In this document: one piece after another, positions 32,226 to 46,725 of the stretch
Layout: each line of letters opens with the position of its first letter
Numbering within the stretch: position 1 is the first letter of the stretch
Assembly: GCA_902523135.1 (NCBI GenBank)
Contig: CABYYB010000001.1
Location: forward strand, 69,044 to 133,043
Length of the DNA stretch: 64,000 nt
Direction: 5' to 3'
Source: an uncultured Alphaproteobacteria bacterium
GTDB lineage: Bacteria > Pseudomonadota > Alphaproteobacteria > HIMB59
Notes under the pieces: generated by a model
Told to the model about the DNA's origin: nothing
The model's database searches: none
The model's input: only the letters and a program-made list of their open reading frames with translations
Made by a program: the position numbers and the translations under genes

Positions 32226-33475
32226 GTGACTATTTTCAAGAAATTTTAAACCATTCGAAGAGGGCATCGAGTGCCATGTCCAAACTATCTGCAGAGGATA
32301 GAAGTAGAATCTTAATGAATATTAGTGGTTTTCTATTGTCTAATAAAAATGAAATTCTAAAAGCTAATCAAGCAGATGTAGAGAGAGCAAAATCTAATAA
32401 TGTTTCTGCACCTATGATTAATAGATTAGTTTTGACTTCAGAGAAAATAGATCAACTTTCTCGTGATGTTGAGAAAATAGCCCAAATGCAAGATCCCCTT
32501 GATCAAACTTTAGAAAGTTGGACCAATGCCACTAATGGGTTACAATTTACAAAAGTCTCAGTGCCTATTGGTGTGATTGGTATTATTTATGAGTCTCGAC
32601 CTAATGTCACAATAGATGCTGCATGTCTTTGCCTTAGATCTGGAAATATTTCTATTCTTAGAGGGGGCTCTGAGTGTATCGAAACTAATAAAAAACTTTA
32701 TGAGTGCATTCAAGATGCTTTAAAAGATTTAAATTTTGATACTCATCTTGTTTGTTTTATTCAAAGTACTGATCGTAGTTTTGTTGAAGAGTTGTTAAAA
32801 GCTGAAGGAGATGTAGATGTGATTATTCCTCGTGGGGGAAAATCGTTAATTGAAACAATATCTAAAAATTCAAAAGTTCCTACAATTAAACATTTGGAAG
32901 GTTTGTGTCATACTTTTTGGGATGAAGGATATGATAAAGATAAAGCCACTGAGGTCATCGCAAATGCCAAGCTGAGAAGACCAGAGATTTGTGGGGCAAC
33001 AGAGACTTTACTTATACACTCTAATAATTCAGCAGAAGATATTTCATCAGTTTTAGATAATTTAAAATCACAAGGATGTGAAATTATTGGATGTAGTCGA
33101 CTCAAAGATATTTATTCAATCGATCGAGATGCAACAGAAGAAGATTGGTCAACTGAATATCTAGATAAGAAAATTACAGTAAAACTAGTTGATAATGTTG
33201 AAGAATGTGTAGAGCATATAAACAAATATTCTAGTGGACATACCGAGAGCTGTTTAAGTAACAATCAACAATCTATAGAGTATTTCTTTCAAAACTGTAA
33301 AAGTGCCATTTTAATGAATAATGCTTCCACTCAATTTGCTGATGGTGGAGAATTCGGATTTGGAGCAGAAATAGGTATTTCTACTGACAAGCTTCATGTG
33401 AGAGGGCCAGTAGGAGCAAAACACCTAACAACATTTAAATATCAAGTAATAGGCAATCACACCACTAGGCCTTAA
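32222..33475 (+). CDS. proA: Gamma-glutamyl phosphate reductase
   Basis: IYESRPNVT, IPRGG and NASTQFADGGEFGFGAEIGIST. Confidence 0.96.
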   Translation: MSDYFQEILNHSKRASSAMSKLSAEDRSRILMNISGFLLSNKNEILKANQADVERAKSNNVSAPMINRLVLTSEKIDQLSRDVEKIAQMQDPLDQTLESWTNATNGLQFTKVSVPIGVIGIIYESRPNVTIDAACLCLRSGNISILRGGSECIETNKKLYECIQDALKDLNFDTHLVCFIQSTDRSFVEELLKAEGDVDVIIPRGGKSLIETISKNSKVPTIKHLEGLCHTFWDEGYDKDKATEVIANAKLRRPEICGATETLLIHSNNSAEDISSVLDNLKSQGCEIIGCSRLKDIYSIDRDATEEDWSTEYLDKKITVKLVDNVEECVEHINKYSSGHTESCLSNNQQSIEYFFQNCKSAILMNNASTQFADGGEFGFGAEIGISTDKLHVRGPVGAKHLTTFKYQVIGNHTTRP

Positions 33476-33888
33476 TGGAATTCCGTAATAATTTTCAAGA
33501 ATTAAAATCTCAGATCGAATATCTTAGCTCTTTGAACAAAGAGGATGTTACTCATATAATCAAATCTTCAATATATGAGTTAGAAAGTTTAAATTTTTTA
33601 AATGAAAAAGAATTAAATGAAATTAATAAAGTGACTCTTATAAGTGAGCCCTTTAATAACCTTTTCTTTAAATATAACAAAGAGCGTTTGATAAACAAAG
33701 GTGTAGTTTATATAGAGGAAGAAAACGATTTGCAATTTATTATATCTTTACTTTATTTTTTTAAACAAAGAGTGCCGATTTTATTTCATACAAGTTCAAA
33801 ATTACAATTACAATTTATAGATATTCTAAATAAATTCCTCGAGAAAAATGGTGTCTCTAAAAAATTTTTGAGGAAAATAGATGAATAG
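33475..33888 (+). CDS. Hypothetical protein, possibly a degenerate ALDH-fold fragment
   Basis: Overlaps both proA and nadD; see findings. Confidence 0.6.
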   Translation: MEFRNNFQELKSQIEYLSSLNKEDVTHIIKSSIYELESLNFLNEKELNEINKVTLISEPFNNLFFKYNKERLINKGVVYIEEENDLQFIISLLYFFKQRVPILFHTSSKLQLQFIDILNKFLEKNGVSKKFLRKIDE

Positions 33889-34438
33889 AAAGATTGGACT
33901 GTATGGTGGATTTTTTAATCCCTTACACGAGGGACACGTTCATGTAATAGAAAGTTCAATAAAAAGTTTAAATCTGAAAAAACTATTTATCCTTCCCACT
34001 TATCAAAATCCTCTTAAAGCTAATCAAAATTTAAACTCAATAAATTCTCAATTATCAAATATCCGATCAAAAATTAAAGAGCCGTTAGTAAAAGTTTCTG
34101 ACTTTGAACATCGTTATAAAATGAAATGTACCTATGATGTGTTGCAAAAAATTAAGACTAAATGTGACCTTAGCTCTTTTTATTTAATTATAGGGCTTGA
34201 TCAGCTTGGTCATTTTCACAAATGGAAAGAATATGAGTGGATTTTAAAAAATATTAGTATTTGCGTTATTTATAGACCGAGATATGATGAATTTATTGAA
34301 AATTCAACAGTCCAAAAGCAATTCTCCCATTTATTTATGCCTAATTTAAATAGTTTTATTAACTGCTCTACTCCTTGTTTCCATATTCTTGATAATATAG
34401 GTGTAGAGATGTCATCTAGTGAGTTACGAAATTCTTAA
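33881..34438 (+). CDS. nadD: Nicotinate-nucleotide adenylyltransferase
   Basis: GGFFNPLHEGH, NPLK, IIGLD and MSSSELR; canonical position. Confidence 0.9.
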   Translation: MNRKIGLYGGFFNPLHEGHVHVIESSIKSLNLKKLFILPTYQNPLKANQNLNSINSQLSNIRSKIKEPLVKVSDFEHRYKMKCTYDVLQKIKTKCDLSSFYLIIGLDQLGHFHKWKEYEWILKNISICVIYRPRYDEFIENSTVQKQFSHLFMPNLNSFINCSTPCFHILDNIGVEMSSSELRNS

Positions 34439-34787
34439 TCACGATAAAGACCCTTCTGTTAAAGCTATAGTCGACAGTCTTGAAGACAATAAGGCTAAGA
34501 ATATCTCAGTTATTTCTCTCAAAGGAAAGGCAGAATTCGCTGAGTTCATGATCGTTGCATCCGGGCGATCAAATAAGCATGTTGACTCAGTTTCAGATAA
34601 GGTTTACCGATACCTTAAGAAAAATAAACTTTATTGCAATAAACCAGAAGGAAAGCCCCTTTGCGACTGGACGGTTATTGATGCTGGACATGTTTTAGTG
34701 CATATTTTTAGAAATGAAGTTAGAGAAATATACGATTTGGAAAAACTATGGTCTGAAGACTTCAACACGATCAATACTGCCTCTTAA
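34419..34787 (+). CDS. rsfS: Ribosome silencing factor
   Basis: DNKA, IVASGRS, W..IDAG..LVHIF and YDLEKLW. Confidence 0.93.
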   Translation: MSYEILNHDKDPSVKAIVDSLEDNKAKNISVISLKGKAEFAEFMIVASGRSNKHVDSVSDKVYRYLKKNKLYCNKPEGKPLCDWTVIDAGHVLVHIFRNEVREIYDLEKLWSEDFNTINTAS

Positions 34788-34797
34788 AAAATCAAAT

Positions 34798-36024
34798 ATG
34801 CTCAAAATATTTTTCATTTTAATTTTAATCTTTAATGTGAATGTCAGTTTTTCTGATACTAAAGAAACCTATAAACAATTAAGTATTTTCAACGAAGTTT
34901 ATAACCGAGTAAAAAATCAATATGTTGAAGAGGTAACTGATAAAGAGTTAATAGAAAAAGCTTTGAATGGGATGCTACAAGCTCTGGATCCTCATTCAAG
35001 TTTTATGAGTGAAGAAATTTATAAAGAAATGCAGATGGACACATCAGGTTCTTTTGGTGGATTAGGCATCGAAATCACGACAGATAAAGGTTTCATAAAA
35101 GTAGTCTCTCCAATTGACGATACCCCTGCCTATAAGGCTGGAATTTTAGCTGGAGATTATATAACGCATTTAGATGGCACATCAGTAGTCGATATGACTT
35201 TAAAGGAAGCAATTGATATTATGAAAGGTGAACCAGGGACCACTATAACTTTAACAATTTTTAGATCTTCCGAAGATCCATTCGATGTCGATATTAAAAG
35301 AGATATAATTAAAGTTGCATCTGTTAAACATCGTTTGATTAACGATGTAGGATACATAAGAATAATTCAATTTAATGAGCAAACAACAACAGGATTAAAA
35401 AAAAGTATAAAAGAACTTGAAGATGGTACTGATGCTCCAATTGGTTATGTTCTGGATTTAAGAAATAATCCAGGGGGATTATTAAATGAGTCTGTATCAG
35501 TTACAGATATGTTCCTTGATAAAGGAGAAATAGTTTCAATCAGAGGAAGAGAAAAGAAAGATGTTCAAGTTTACTCTGCTAAAAAAGGAGATCTAATTAA
35601 TGGAAAACCATTGATTATATTAATCAATGAGGGCTCTGCTTCGGCATCTGAAATTGTTGCTGGTGCATTACAAGATCATGATAGAGCAGTAATTATGGGC
35701 ATAAAGTCATTTGGAAAAGGTTCTGTGCAAACCATTATACCTATTGACAGCGGTGCAATCAGACTCACTATCGCAAAGTATTACACACCAAGTGGGGATT
35801 CAATACAAGCAGTTGGTATTGAGCCGGATGTTGTAGTGCCTAGAGCTGAACTAAATGTGATTGATAATAACTTTACGTTTAGAGAGTCAGATTATCGAGA
35901 AGCTTTAGATAATGAGACAAATGAAGAAAGTGAGGAGGAAGAGTCAACTGATGATATTCTTGAAAGAGATTATCAGCTATCTCGTGCCATTGATGCAGTC
36001 AAAACAATAGCTGTATTAAATTAA
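34798..36024 (+). CDS. ctpA: S41 C-terminal processing protease
   Basis: LDPHS, PDZ GLGI, DLRNNPGG, SASASEIVAGALQD and FGKGSVQ; ATG at 34798 gives a signal peptide. Confidence 0.93.
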   Translation: MLKIFFILILIFNVNVSFSDTKETYKQLSIFNEVYNRVKNQYVEEVTDKELIEKALNGMLQALDPHSSFMSEEIYKEMQMDTSGSFGGLGIEITTDKGFIKVVSPIDDTPAYKAGILAGDYITHLDGTSVVDMTLKEAIDIMKGEPGTTITLTIFRSSEDPFDVDIKRDIIKVASVKHRLINDVGYIRIIQFNEQTTTGLKKSIKELEDGTDAPIGYVLDLRNNPGGLLNESVSVTDMFLDKGEIVSIRGREKKDVQVYSAKKGDLINGKPLIILINEGSASASEIVAGALQDHDRAVIMGIKSFGKGSVQTIIPIDSGAIRLTIAKYYTPSGDSIQAVGIEPDVVVPRAELNVIDNNFTFRESDYREALDNETNEESEEEESTDDILERDYQLSRAIDAVKTIAVLN

Positions 36025-36497
36025 TGAATATAAACCCCAAAGATTATCGACCAAATGTTGGTATGATGATTATTAACCAAAATAAAGAAATATTTGTTGG
36101 AAAAAGAATAGACCACCCTTCAGAATTTTGGCAAATGCCACAAGGTGGGATTGATCCCAAAGAAAAATCTGAAGTGGCTGCTCTTAGAGAAATGGAGGAA
36201 GAGGTTGGTATAAAAAAAAATAAAGTTAAATTAATCTCACAGAGCAAAGACTGGTATTACTATTCTTTACCTAAAGACTTATCAAAAACTCTTTGGAAAG
36301 GTAAATACAAAGGTCAGCGTCAAAAATGGTTCTTGTATGAATTTAAAGGCAGTGAGAAAGATATAAATATTGAAACATCTCACCCTGAATTTTCTGATTA
36401 TAAATGGGTTAAATCAGATTTTTTGGTTCCCAACATAGTGCCTTTTAAAAAAGCAATTTACGAAAAATTATTAAAAGAATTTAAAGACTATTTATAA
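36024..36497 (+). CDS. rppH: RNA pyrophosphohydrolase
   Basis: YRPNVG, WQMPQGG, Nudix REMEEEVG, GQRQKWF and PEF. Confidence 0.93.
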   Translation: MNINPKDYRPNVGMMIINQNKEIFVGKRIDHPSEFWQMPQGGIDPKEKSEVAALREMEEEVGIKKNKVKLISQSKDWYYYSLPKDLSKTLWKGKYKGQRQKWFLYEFKGSEKDINIETSHPEFSDYKWVKSDFLVPNIVPFKKAIYEKLLKEFKDYL

Positions 36498-36853
36498 GGC
36501 GGATTATTTACCACTTGTTCAAACGTACCAAGAGCAGTTTCATTACCCTCTAGTTCTTGATAGGTTTTAGATTGTTGGTAGTTAGAGCTATTAACATCAG
36601 ACAATGGCTCTATTTGATCAACTAAGACCTCACAAACCTTTTCTTTTAGCATAACCAAACCACCTGACACAAAGAAACTCTCATCGACTTTGTTTGAAGA
36701 CATAATTGCCATTTGACCAGGTCGCAAAGAACTGATGAACGGAGAATGATTAGGCATTGCAGCAAAATCACCCTCTGCTCCTGGCAAAACTGCCATTTCA
36801 ACTTCTTTTTCAAAAATCACTTTTTGAGGGGATACGACCTTCAAATTAATCAT
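36488..36853 (-). CDS. atpC: ATP synthase epsilon subunit
   Basis: VVSP, PGAEG...HSP and VSGG; operon position. Confidence 0.92.
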   Translation of the reverse strand: MINLKVVSPQKVIFEKEVEMAVLPGAEGDFAAMPNHSPFISSLRPGQMAIMSSNKVDESFFVSGGLVMLKEKVCEVLVDQIEPLSDVNSSNYQQSKTYQELEGNETALGTFEQVVNNPPYK

Positions 36854-36855
36854 AA

Positions 36856-41250
<4,395 letters not shown>

Positions 41251-41315
41251 TTTGTATAGTTAACCTCAATTTTTTATCACATCACTAGACTAACCGGCAT
41301 CATACAAATGACGCA

Positions 41316-43388
41316 TCAAGCAATTGATAGTGGATCAATATCAATATTTAGAAAACGCCTGTATTTAGCGGGTATTTTTGACATCAAGATGTCTATTTTT
41401 TTTCTCAAAGCTTTATATGACCTCTCTTTAAAATAAAAATTCTCATGAAAGTGCCTCATTTTATAAGGAATCAATGAAGGAACAGGTCCTAAAATATCAA
41501 GTCTACTCTGTTTGGATATATCAAGAATTTCTTGGCAAGCCTCTCTTATTGCTGAGACATTAGGGTGGATTAATTGAATTTGAACAATTTTGTAAAATGG
41601 AGGAAGATTATTTTCTTCTCTTCTTTGAAGTTCTAATTTTATAAATTGATCTCTGCTTTGGTTCTTAAGAGAATTGTATATCGAATGCTTAGGATTATAA
41701 GTTTGAATTAAGACCTTACCCCTGTTACCCTCTCTTCCAGATCTTCCTGCTACTTGTTGCAAAAGTTGGTATGTTTTTTCCATAGCTCTGAAGTCAGGAC
41801 TATACAGACTTGAGTCTGCATCAATAATATTTACTAATTTTAAATTTGGAAAATGAAAAGACTTACCAATTATTTGTGAGCCAATCAACAGACTAGTCTC
41901 TAAATTAAATACATTTTCAATGATCTCTTTTTTATTTTTTTTTGATTTTAGGGTGTCACTGGAAAATAATTGATTTGAATATCCTGGAAAAAGTCGTGTA
42001 ACTTCCTCTTGAAGTCTTTCTAACCCTATACCAATCGATATGAATTTTTCAGATGAACACATTTTACATATTTGGTTAGGCTCAAAATAATTTGAACAAT
42101 GATGACAAATGAGTCTATCAATTTTTTTGTGATAAACTAAATTTACTGCACAATTTTGACACTGTATTGGTGTATGACAACTTACGCATATTTTAGATGG
42201 AGCATAGCCGCGTCTATTAAGAAAAAATAAAACTTGTCCTTTTTGTTTTAAGATCTTATTAGTTTCATCAAATACTTGTTTTGATATCCAAGCCCTAGAG
42301 CTAGGTTTTGATTTATTCATGTCAACAATTTCAACTAATGGTAATTGAGTTTTATGAAATTGATTGGAAAGATGATGAATATGAAATTTTCTCTGATTAG
42401 AATTATGAAGGCTCTCTAATGATGGGGATGCACTTATCAATAGACATAAAGCTTTTGAACATTTTGCTTTATATATGGCCATATCTCTTGCTTGATATTT
42501 TGGGCCACCTTCTTGTTTATAAGATGAGTCGTGCTCTTCATCGCAAATAATTAATTTTAAATTCTTGAAAGGAAGTAAAACTGATGACCTTGCTCCAACT
42601 AAAACACATGGTTCACCCGATAAAAGAGATCTGATTATTCTAGCTTTTTGAATTTTTGATTGTTTGGAGTGCCAAATAAAGGGCCTACAACCAAAATATT
42701 TAAAAAATCTTCTAGACCATTCTTCAGTTAGAGCTATCTCTGGTAAAAGTATTAAAGATTGATTTCCTCTTACTAAATTTGACTCAACAGCTTTTAAATA
42801 CAACTCTGTTTTACCCGAACCTGTAACACCATCTATAAGGTGAACTTGAAAATCATTATTTTTATTTATTTGAAGTGATTTAAAAATATTTTCTTGATCA
42901 GGGTTTAAAGAAATATTTTGCGCCATTCCATCAAAAATAAAACTATCTGTAGTTTGAGAAATTTTTTTTTCTTCTAATAATTTCTGCCAATCTTTTTTTG
43001 ATAGATTGTATTTATCAATTAGATTTTTTTGAGTTTCATAAATTTTATTTTCAAAAAGATAATAATTTTTTAATTGTGTATTAGGAAATTGTTGTATTGC
43101 CATCTTCAAAACCATACCTAAATCTATGAAGCAGTGTATTGACACATACTTGTAAAAATCAATGTTTTCTGTGCAAACAGTAAATTGATAATAATTACTA
43201 ATTGAAAGTACTTTTTTGAGATCGAATTTTAAATCTTTAATGTTTGTTTGAGATATAATAACACCTGCTGATTTTCTTTTTCTTAAAGGTATTTCAACAA
43301 TAGAGCCTACATCGATAGAATGTGAGTATTTATAAGTCAGGCTATCATTTATTTGCCCTATTGGCATAACTTGGTAGTAATAATCCAT
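41316..43388 (-). CDS. priA: Primosomal protein N'
   Basis: GVTGSGKTE, PEIALT, DEEHD.SYKQ, LNRRGY, Zn-finger cysteines and QVAGRSGR. Confidence 0.95.
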   Translation of the reverse strand: MDYYYQVMPIGQINDSLTYKYSHSIDVGSIVEIPLRKRKSAGVIISQTNIKDLKFDLKKVLSISNYYQFTVCTENIDFYKYVSIHCFIDLGMVLKMAIQQFPNTQLKNYYLFENKIYETQKNLIDKYNLSKKDWQKLLEEKKISQTTDSFIFDGMAQNISLNPDQENIFKSLQINKNNDFQVHLIDGVTGSGKTELYLKAVESNLVRGNQSLILLPEIALTEEWSRRFFKYFGCRPFIWHSKQSKIQKARIIRSLLSGEPCVLVGARSSVLLPFKNLKLIICDEEHDSSYKQEGGPKYQARDMAIYKAKCSKALCLLISASPSLESLHNSNQRKFHIHHLSNQFHKTQLPLVEIVDMNKSKPSSRAWISKQVFDETNKILKQKGQVLFFLNRRGYAPSKICVSCHTPIQCQNCAVNLVYHKKIDRLICHHCSNYFEPNQICKMCSSEKFISIGIGLERLQEEVTRLFPGYSNQLFSSDTLKSKKNKKEIIENVFNLETSLLIGSQIIGKSFHFPNLKLVNIIDADSSLYSPDFRAMEKTYQLLQQVAGRSGREGNRGKVLIQTYNPKHSIYNSLKNQSRDQFIKLELQRREENNLPPFYKIVQIQLIHPNVSAIREACQEILDISKQSRLDILGPVPSLIPYKMRHFHENFYFKERSYKALRKKIDILMSKIPAKYRRFLNIDIDPLSIA

Positions 43389-43422
43389 TTTAAATTTTGA
43401 TTCTAATTTATAATATAATGTA

Positions 43423-44403
43423 ATGAATTTTATTGAACTGTTAGAACAGTTAAAAATAGATAAATCCTCAATACAAGACTTTGATAAATGGGCTACTTAT
43501 TTAAAAGACATAAAAGGCCACTCGGAAAACACATATAGATCTTACTGCTTTGATGTATGTGATTTTTTAATTTTCTTTAAATTCTATAATGGAAATTCCG
43601 TATCTTTATCAAATTCAAAAGATTTAAATTTGCAGACATTTAGGGCTTGGTTGGCAGATCTCAGTGAGAATAGAAAATATAAAAATATTTATAAAAAACC
43701 ATTGTCAGCAAGATCAAGGAGAAGAGCTATTAGTTCTATTAAAAATTTTTTTAAGTATTCATCTCTAAATAATGATTTATATAAAGTTGCTTATAGCGAG
43801 GTTCAATTATTAAAAAATCCAAAAATTCCAAGATCCCTTCCTAAACCTATAGCAGAGGGAGATATTGAGATTTTAATTGAAGAGTTAAAAAAAATATCAA
43901 AAAAAAGCTGGGTTCAAAAAAGAAATATAGCTTTGCTTTATCTTTTGTACGGATGTGGGCTACGAATAAATGAGGCGCTATCTATTACTAAAAACCATTT
44001 AATTGATAAAAGTTCTCTTACAATCTTGGGCAAAGGTAATAAAGAAAGATTAGTGCCAGTTCTTGATATTGTAGCTAATTCATTAGAAAATTATCTAAAA
44101 GAAATACCATATGATTTGCCAAGTGATGTTTCGATATTTATTGGCGATAGAGGTAATCCGCTTAAAGCCTCAGCTTTCCAAAGAGATTTGAAGAATGCCA
44201 GAGTTAATTTGGGGCTACCAAAAACAGCAACACCTCACTCATTAAGACATAGTTTTGCAACTCACCTATTAAAAAATGGTGGGGATTTAAGAATAATTCA
44301 AGAATTACTAGGACATAGTTCGTTATCTACAACTCAAATATACACTGAAGTAGATGACATAAGTTTAGAAAAAACTTATAAAGAAAAAAACCCTAGTAAA
44401 TAA
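43423..44403 (+). CDS. xerC: Tyrosine recombinase XerC
   Basis: YGCGLRINE, GKGNKER, TPHSLRHSFATHLL, LGH and TTQIYT; divergent from priA, as is typical in Alphaproteobacteria. Confidence 0.85.
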   Translation: MNFIELLEQLKIDKSSIQDFDKWATYLKDIKGHSENTYRSYCFDVCDFLIFFKFYNGNSVSLSNSKDLNLQTFRAWLADLSENRKYKNIYKKPLSARSRRRAISSIKNFFKYSSLNNDLYKVAYSEVQLLKNPKIPRSLPKPIAEGDIEILIEELKKISKKSWVQKRNIALLYLLYGCGLRINEALSITKNHLIDKSSLTILGKGNKERLVPVLDIVANSLENYLKEIPYDLPSDVSIFIGDRGNPLKASAFQRDLKNARVNLGLPKTATPHSLRHSFATHLLKNGGDLRIIQELLGHSSLSTTQIYTEVDDISLEKTYKEKNPSK

Positions 44404-44405
44404 AT

Positions 44406-45170
44406 TTAGATTTTACCTCTAACTATAAAATGAGGATTGATTATATCCTTCTTTGAATATTTCAACCTTTTACCTTTTAAGTCTTTTACAGTACCACCTG
44501 CTCCCTCTACAACTGCTTGTGCTGCTGCAGTGTCCCATTCAGAAGTAGGTCCTAGCCTAGGGTATAAATCTGCTAGTCCCTCTGCTATCATACAAAACTT
44601 TAAAGAACTTCCGGCTTGTAGAGTATCAAAGTTATTAAACTGAGATAAATAAGTTTCTGTCTCATTATTTAGATGACTTCTGCTCGTAACAATTTTTAAT
44701 TTATCGGATGGTGATTGCACAGAAATAGATTTGATATTTTCATTTAATAACTTGTATGAACCTTTTTTAAGACCCCCAAAAAATAACGTCTTATCTTTCG
44801 GAATGTAAACAAACCCTTGGGTGGGATAATTGTTATTAATCAAAGCAATATTAATTGTAAATTCACCATTCTTATTGATAAATTCTTTAGTTCCATCCAA
44901 AGGATCAACTAACCAGTATTTTGGCTCATCAGTGAATTTTTGCTCTCCCTCCTCTGAAATTATGGGGTAAGCTGAAATAGATGATAATAAATCAGAAATG
45001 TGTTCATGTGATACTAAATCTGCTTCTGTTAATGGACTTTTATCATCTTTAAATTCAATACTTTGATCATAGTTATCATAAATATTAAGAATTTTTTGGG
45101 AACATAGCTCAAGATTTTCACTGATTTCATTGAAAAACTCAAATTGTCGTATTATGTAATTATTTGTCAT
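44406..45170 (-). CDS. cysQ: 3'(2'),5'-bisphosphate nucleotidase
   Basis: KDDKSPLTEAD, SEE, DPLDGTKEF, GSSLKFC and EWDTAA. Confidence 0.93.
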   Translation of the reverse strand: MTNNYIIRQFEFFNEISENLELCSQKILNIYDNYDQSIEFKDDKSPLTEADLVSHEHISDLLSSISAYPIISEEGEQKFTDEPKYWLVDPLDGTKEFINKNGEFTINIALINNNYPTQGFVYIPKDKTLFFGGLKKGSYKLLNENIKSISVQSPSDKLKIVTSRSHLNNETETYLSQFNNFDTLQAGSSLKFCMIAEGLADLYPRLGPTSEWDTAAAQAVVEGAGGTVKDLKGKRLKYSKKDIINPHFIVRGKI

Positions 45171-45252
45171 TTTTTTGAAATTTTACTTTTTTTTATATAC
45201 ATTTAGATTATTTTTTGTATTTTTCCAATAATACGACAAATGGTCAATTATA

Positions 45253-46725
45253 ATGAATCATACTTTATTTTTTAAAATTAACCCATCAATAAAATTTCCT
45301 GCTTGGGATAGCGATAGTCATTATAAATTCCTTTTTAGTAAAAAATTATTTAAAACAAAAAGATCTTATGAAAGGTGGTTGGAAAAAATATCAATTTTTC
45401 CAGAGAATTTAAATATAGAAAGTCTTTTAAACATACATTCAGGCCATATAAATAAATTAATTTATGAAGACTCCATAAGAAAATTTGAAAAACAAAGATC
45501 ACTTATTTTGTTTATCCAATACGTTGAGGTAAATAATAATAAATTTTTATTTGCAAATGATAGACGTAATGGAAGACTATGGGTCAAAGTTAAATCAAAT
45601 AAAATAAAAGATATTTCTGAGAGTTTAAAATATTTCTTAAAATTAAGAAAAAAAAATGTTGTAATTTTTCCAGACACTTATCTTCTTAAAATTTTTCTCG
45701 ATCAAAAAATTGATGAAAATCAAATTAACAATAAATTAAAACTCTCAATTCATTTTCCTGAATATTTATTTTATACAAATAACCTCAAAATTAATAATAC
45801 GAAACTACTCAATAAATTTAATTTACCTCCAAACAGTTATCTGTCAGATCTAGAAGCAGAAAGTATTCATATTATCAGAGAAGTAGTTAGCGAGACAAAA
45901 AATCCTGTCATGCTTTACTCAATAGGAAAAGATAGTTCAGTGATGTTAAGGCTTGCTCAAAAAGCTTTTTACCCTAGCCTTCCTCCATTTCCTCTACTAC
46001 ATGTTGATACTCGATGGAAGTTCCGAGAAATGTATTTATTTAGAAATTGGGTAAAAAAAAATAGTGGTATGAAGCTAATAACACATATTAACCCTGATGG
46101 TATTAAATCAAATATTAATCCCTTTGATCATGGCTCTGCTCTCCACACTGATATAATGAAAACTCAGAGTCTAAAACAAGCCTTGGACAAATATAAATAC
46201 GATGCTGCTTTTGGTGGAGCAAGAAGGGATGAAGAGAAATCAAGAGCTAAAGAAAGGGTTATTTCATTCCGAAACCCCTCTCATCAATGGGATCCCAAAA
46301 ATCAGCGTCCAGAGCTTTGGTCTCTATATAACTCTAAAGTCAATAAGGGTGAAAGCACAAGGGTTTTTCCATTATCTAATTGGACAGAATTAGATATTTG
46401 GCAATATATATACCAAGAACAAATACCAATAGTTCCCTTATATTTTGCAAAAGTTAGACCTGTAGTCGTGAGAGATGGAGTGATTATTATGGTCGATGAT
46501 GATCGATTTAATATTCAATCTAACGAAAAAATTGAATTAAAAAGAATTAGGTTCAGAACACTTGGTTGTTATCCCTTAACTGGTGCTATTGAATCAAATG
46601 CAAATTCACTTGAAGACATTGTTCTTGAACTTCTTCAATCCAAAACATCTGAAAGACAAGGAAGAGCTATCGATACAGATTCAAGTAGCTCTATGGAAAT
46701 CAAAAAAATTGATGGTTATTTTTAA
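45253..46725 (+). CDS. cysD: Sulfate adenylyltransferase subunit 2 with ~190-aa N-terminal extension
   Basis: [34 protein letters not shown] and RFRTLGCYP. Confidence 0.93.
   Translation: MNHTLFFKINPSIKFPAWDSDSHYKFLFSKKLFKTKRSYERWLEKISIFPENLNIESLLNIHSGHINKLIYEDSIRKFEKQRSLILFIQYVEVNNNKFLFANDRRNGRLWVKVKSNKIKDISESLKYFLKLRKKNVVIFPDTYLLKIFLDQKIDENQINNKLKLSIHFPEYLFYTNNLKINNTKLLNKFNLPPNSYLSDLEAESIHIIREVVSETKNPVMLYSIGKDSSVMLRLAQKAFYPSLPPFPLLHVDTRWKFREMYLFRNWVKKNSGMKLITHINPDGIKSNINPFDHGSALHTDIMKTQSLKQALDKYKYDAAFGGARRDEEKSRAKERVISFRNPSHQWDPKNQRPELWSLYNSKVNKGESTRVFPLSNWTELDIWQYIYQEQIPIVPLYFAKVRPVVVRDGVIIMVDDDRFNIQSNEKIELKRIRFRTLGCYPLTGAIESNANSLEDIVLELLQSKTSERQGRAIDTDSSSSMEIKKIDGYF

Noticed and set aside
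34714-34797. Long ctpA start predicted by the ORF track
   Set aside because: It overlaps rsfS by more than 70 nt. ATG at 34798 yields a proper signal peptide.
43423-44403. Tyrosine recombinase as the islet's integrase
   Set aside because: It lies 9 kb away in the canonical xerC-priA-atpH context and has XerC-like size and motifs. No complete dif-like site is seen at the islet ends.
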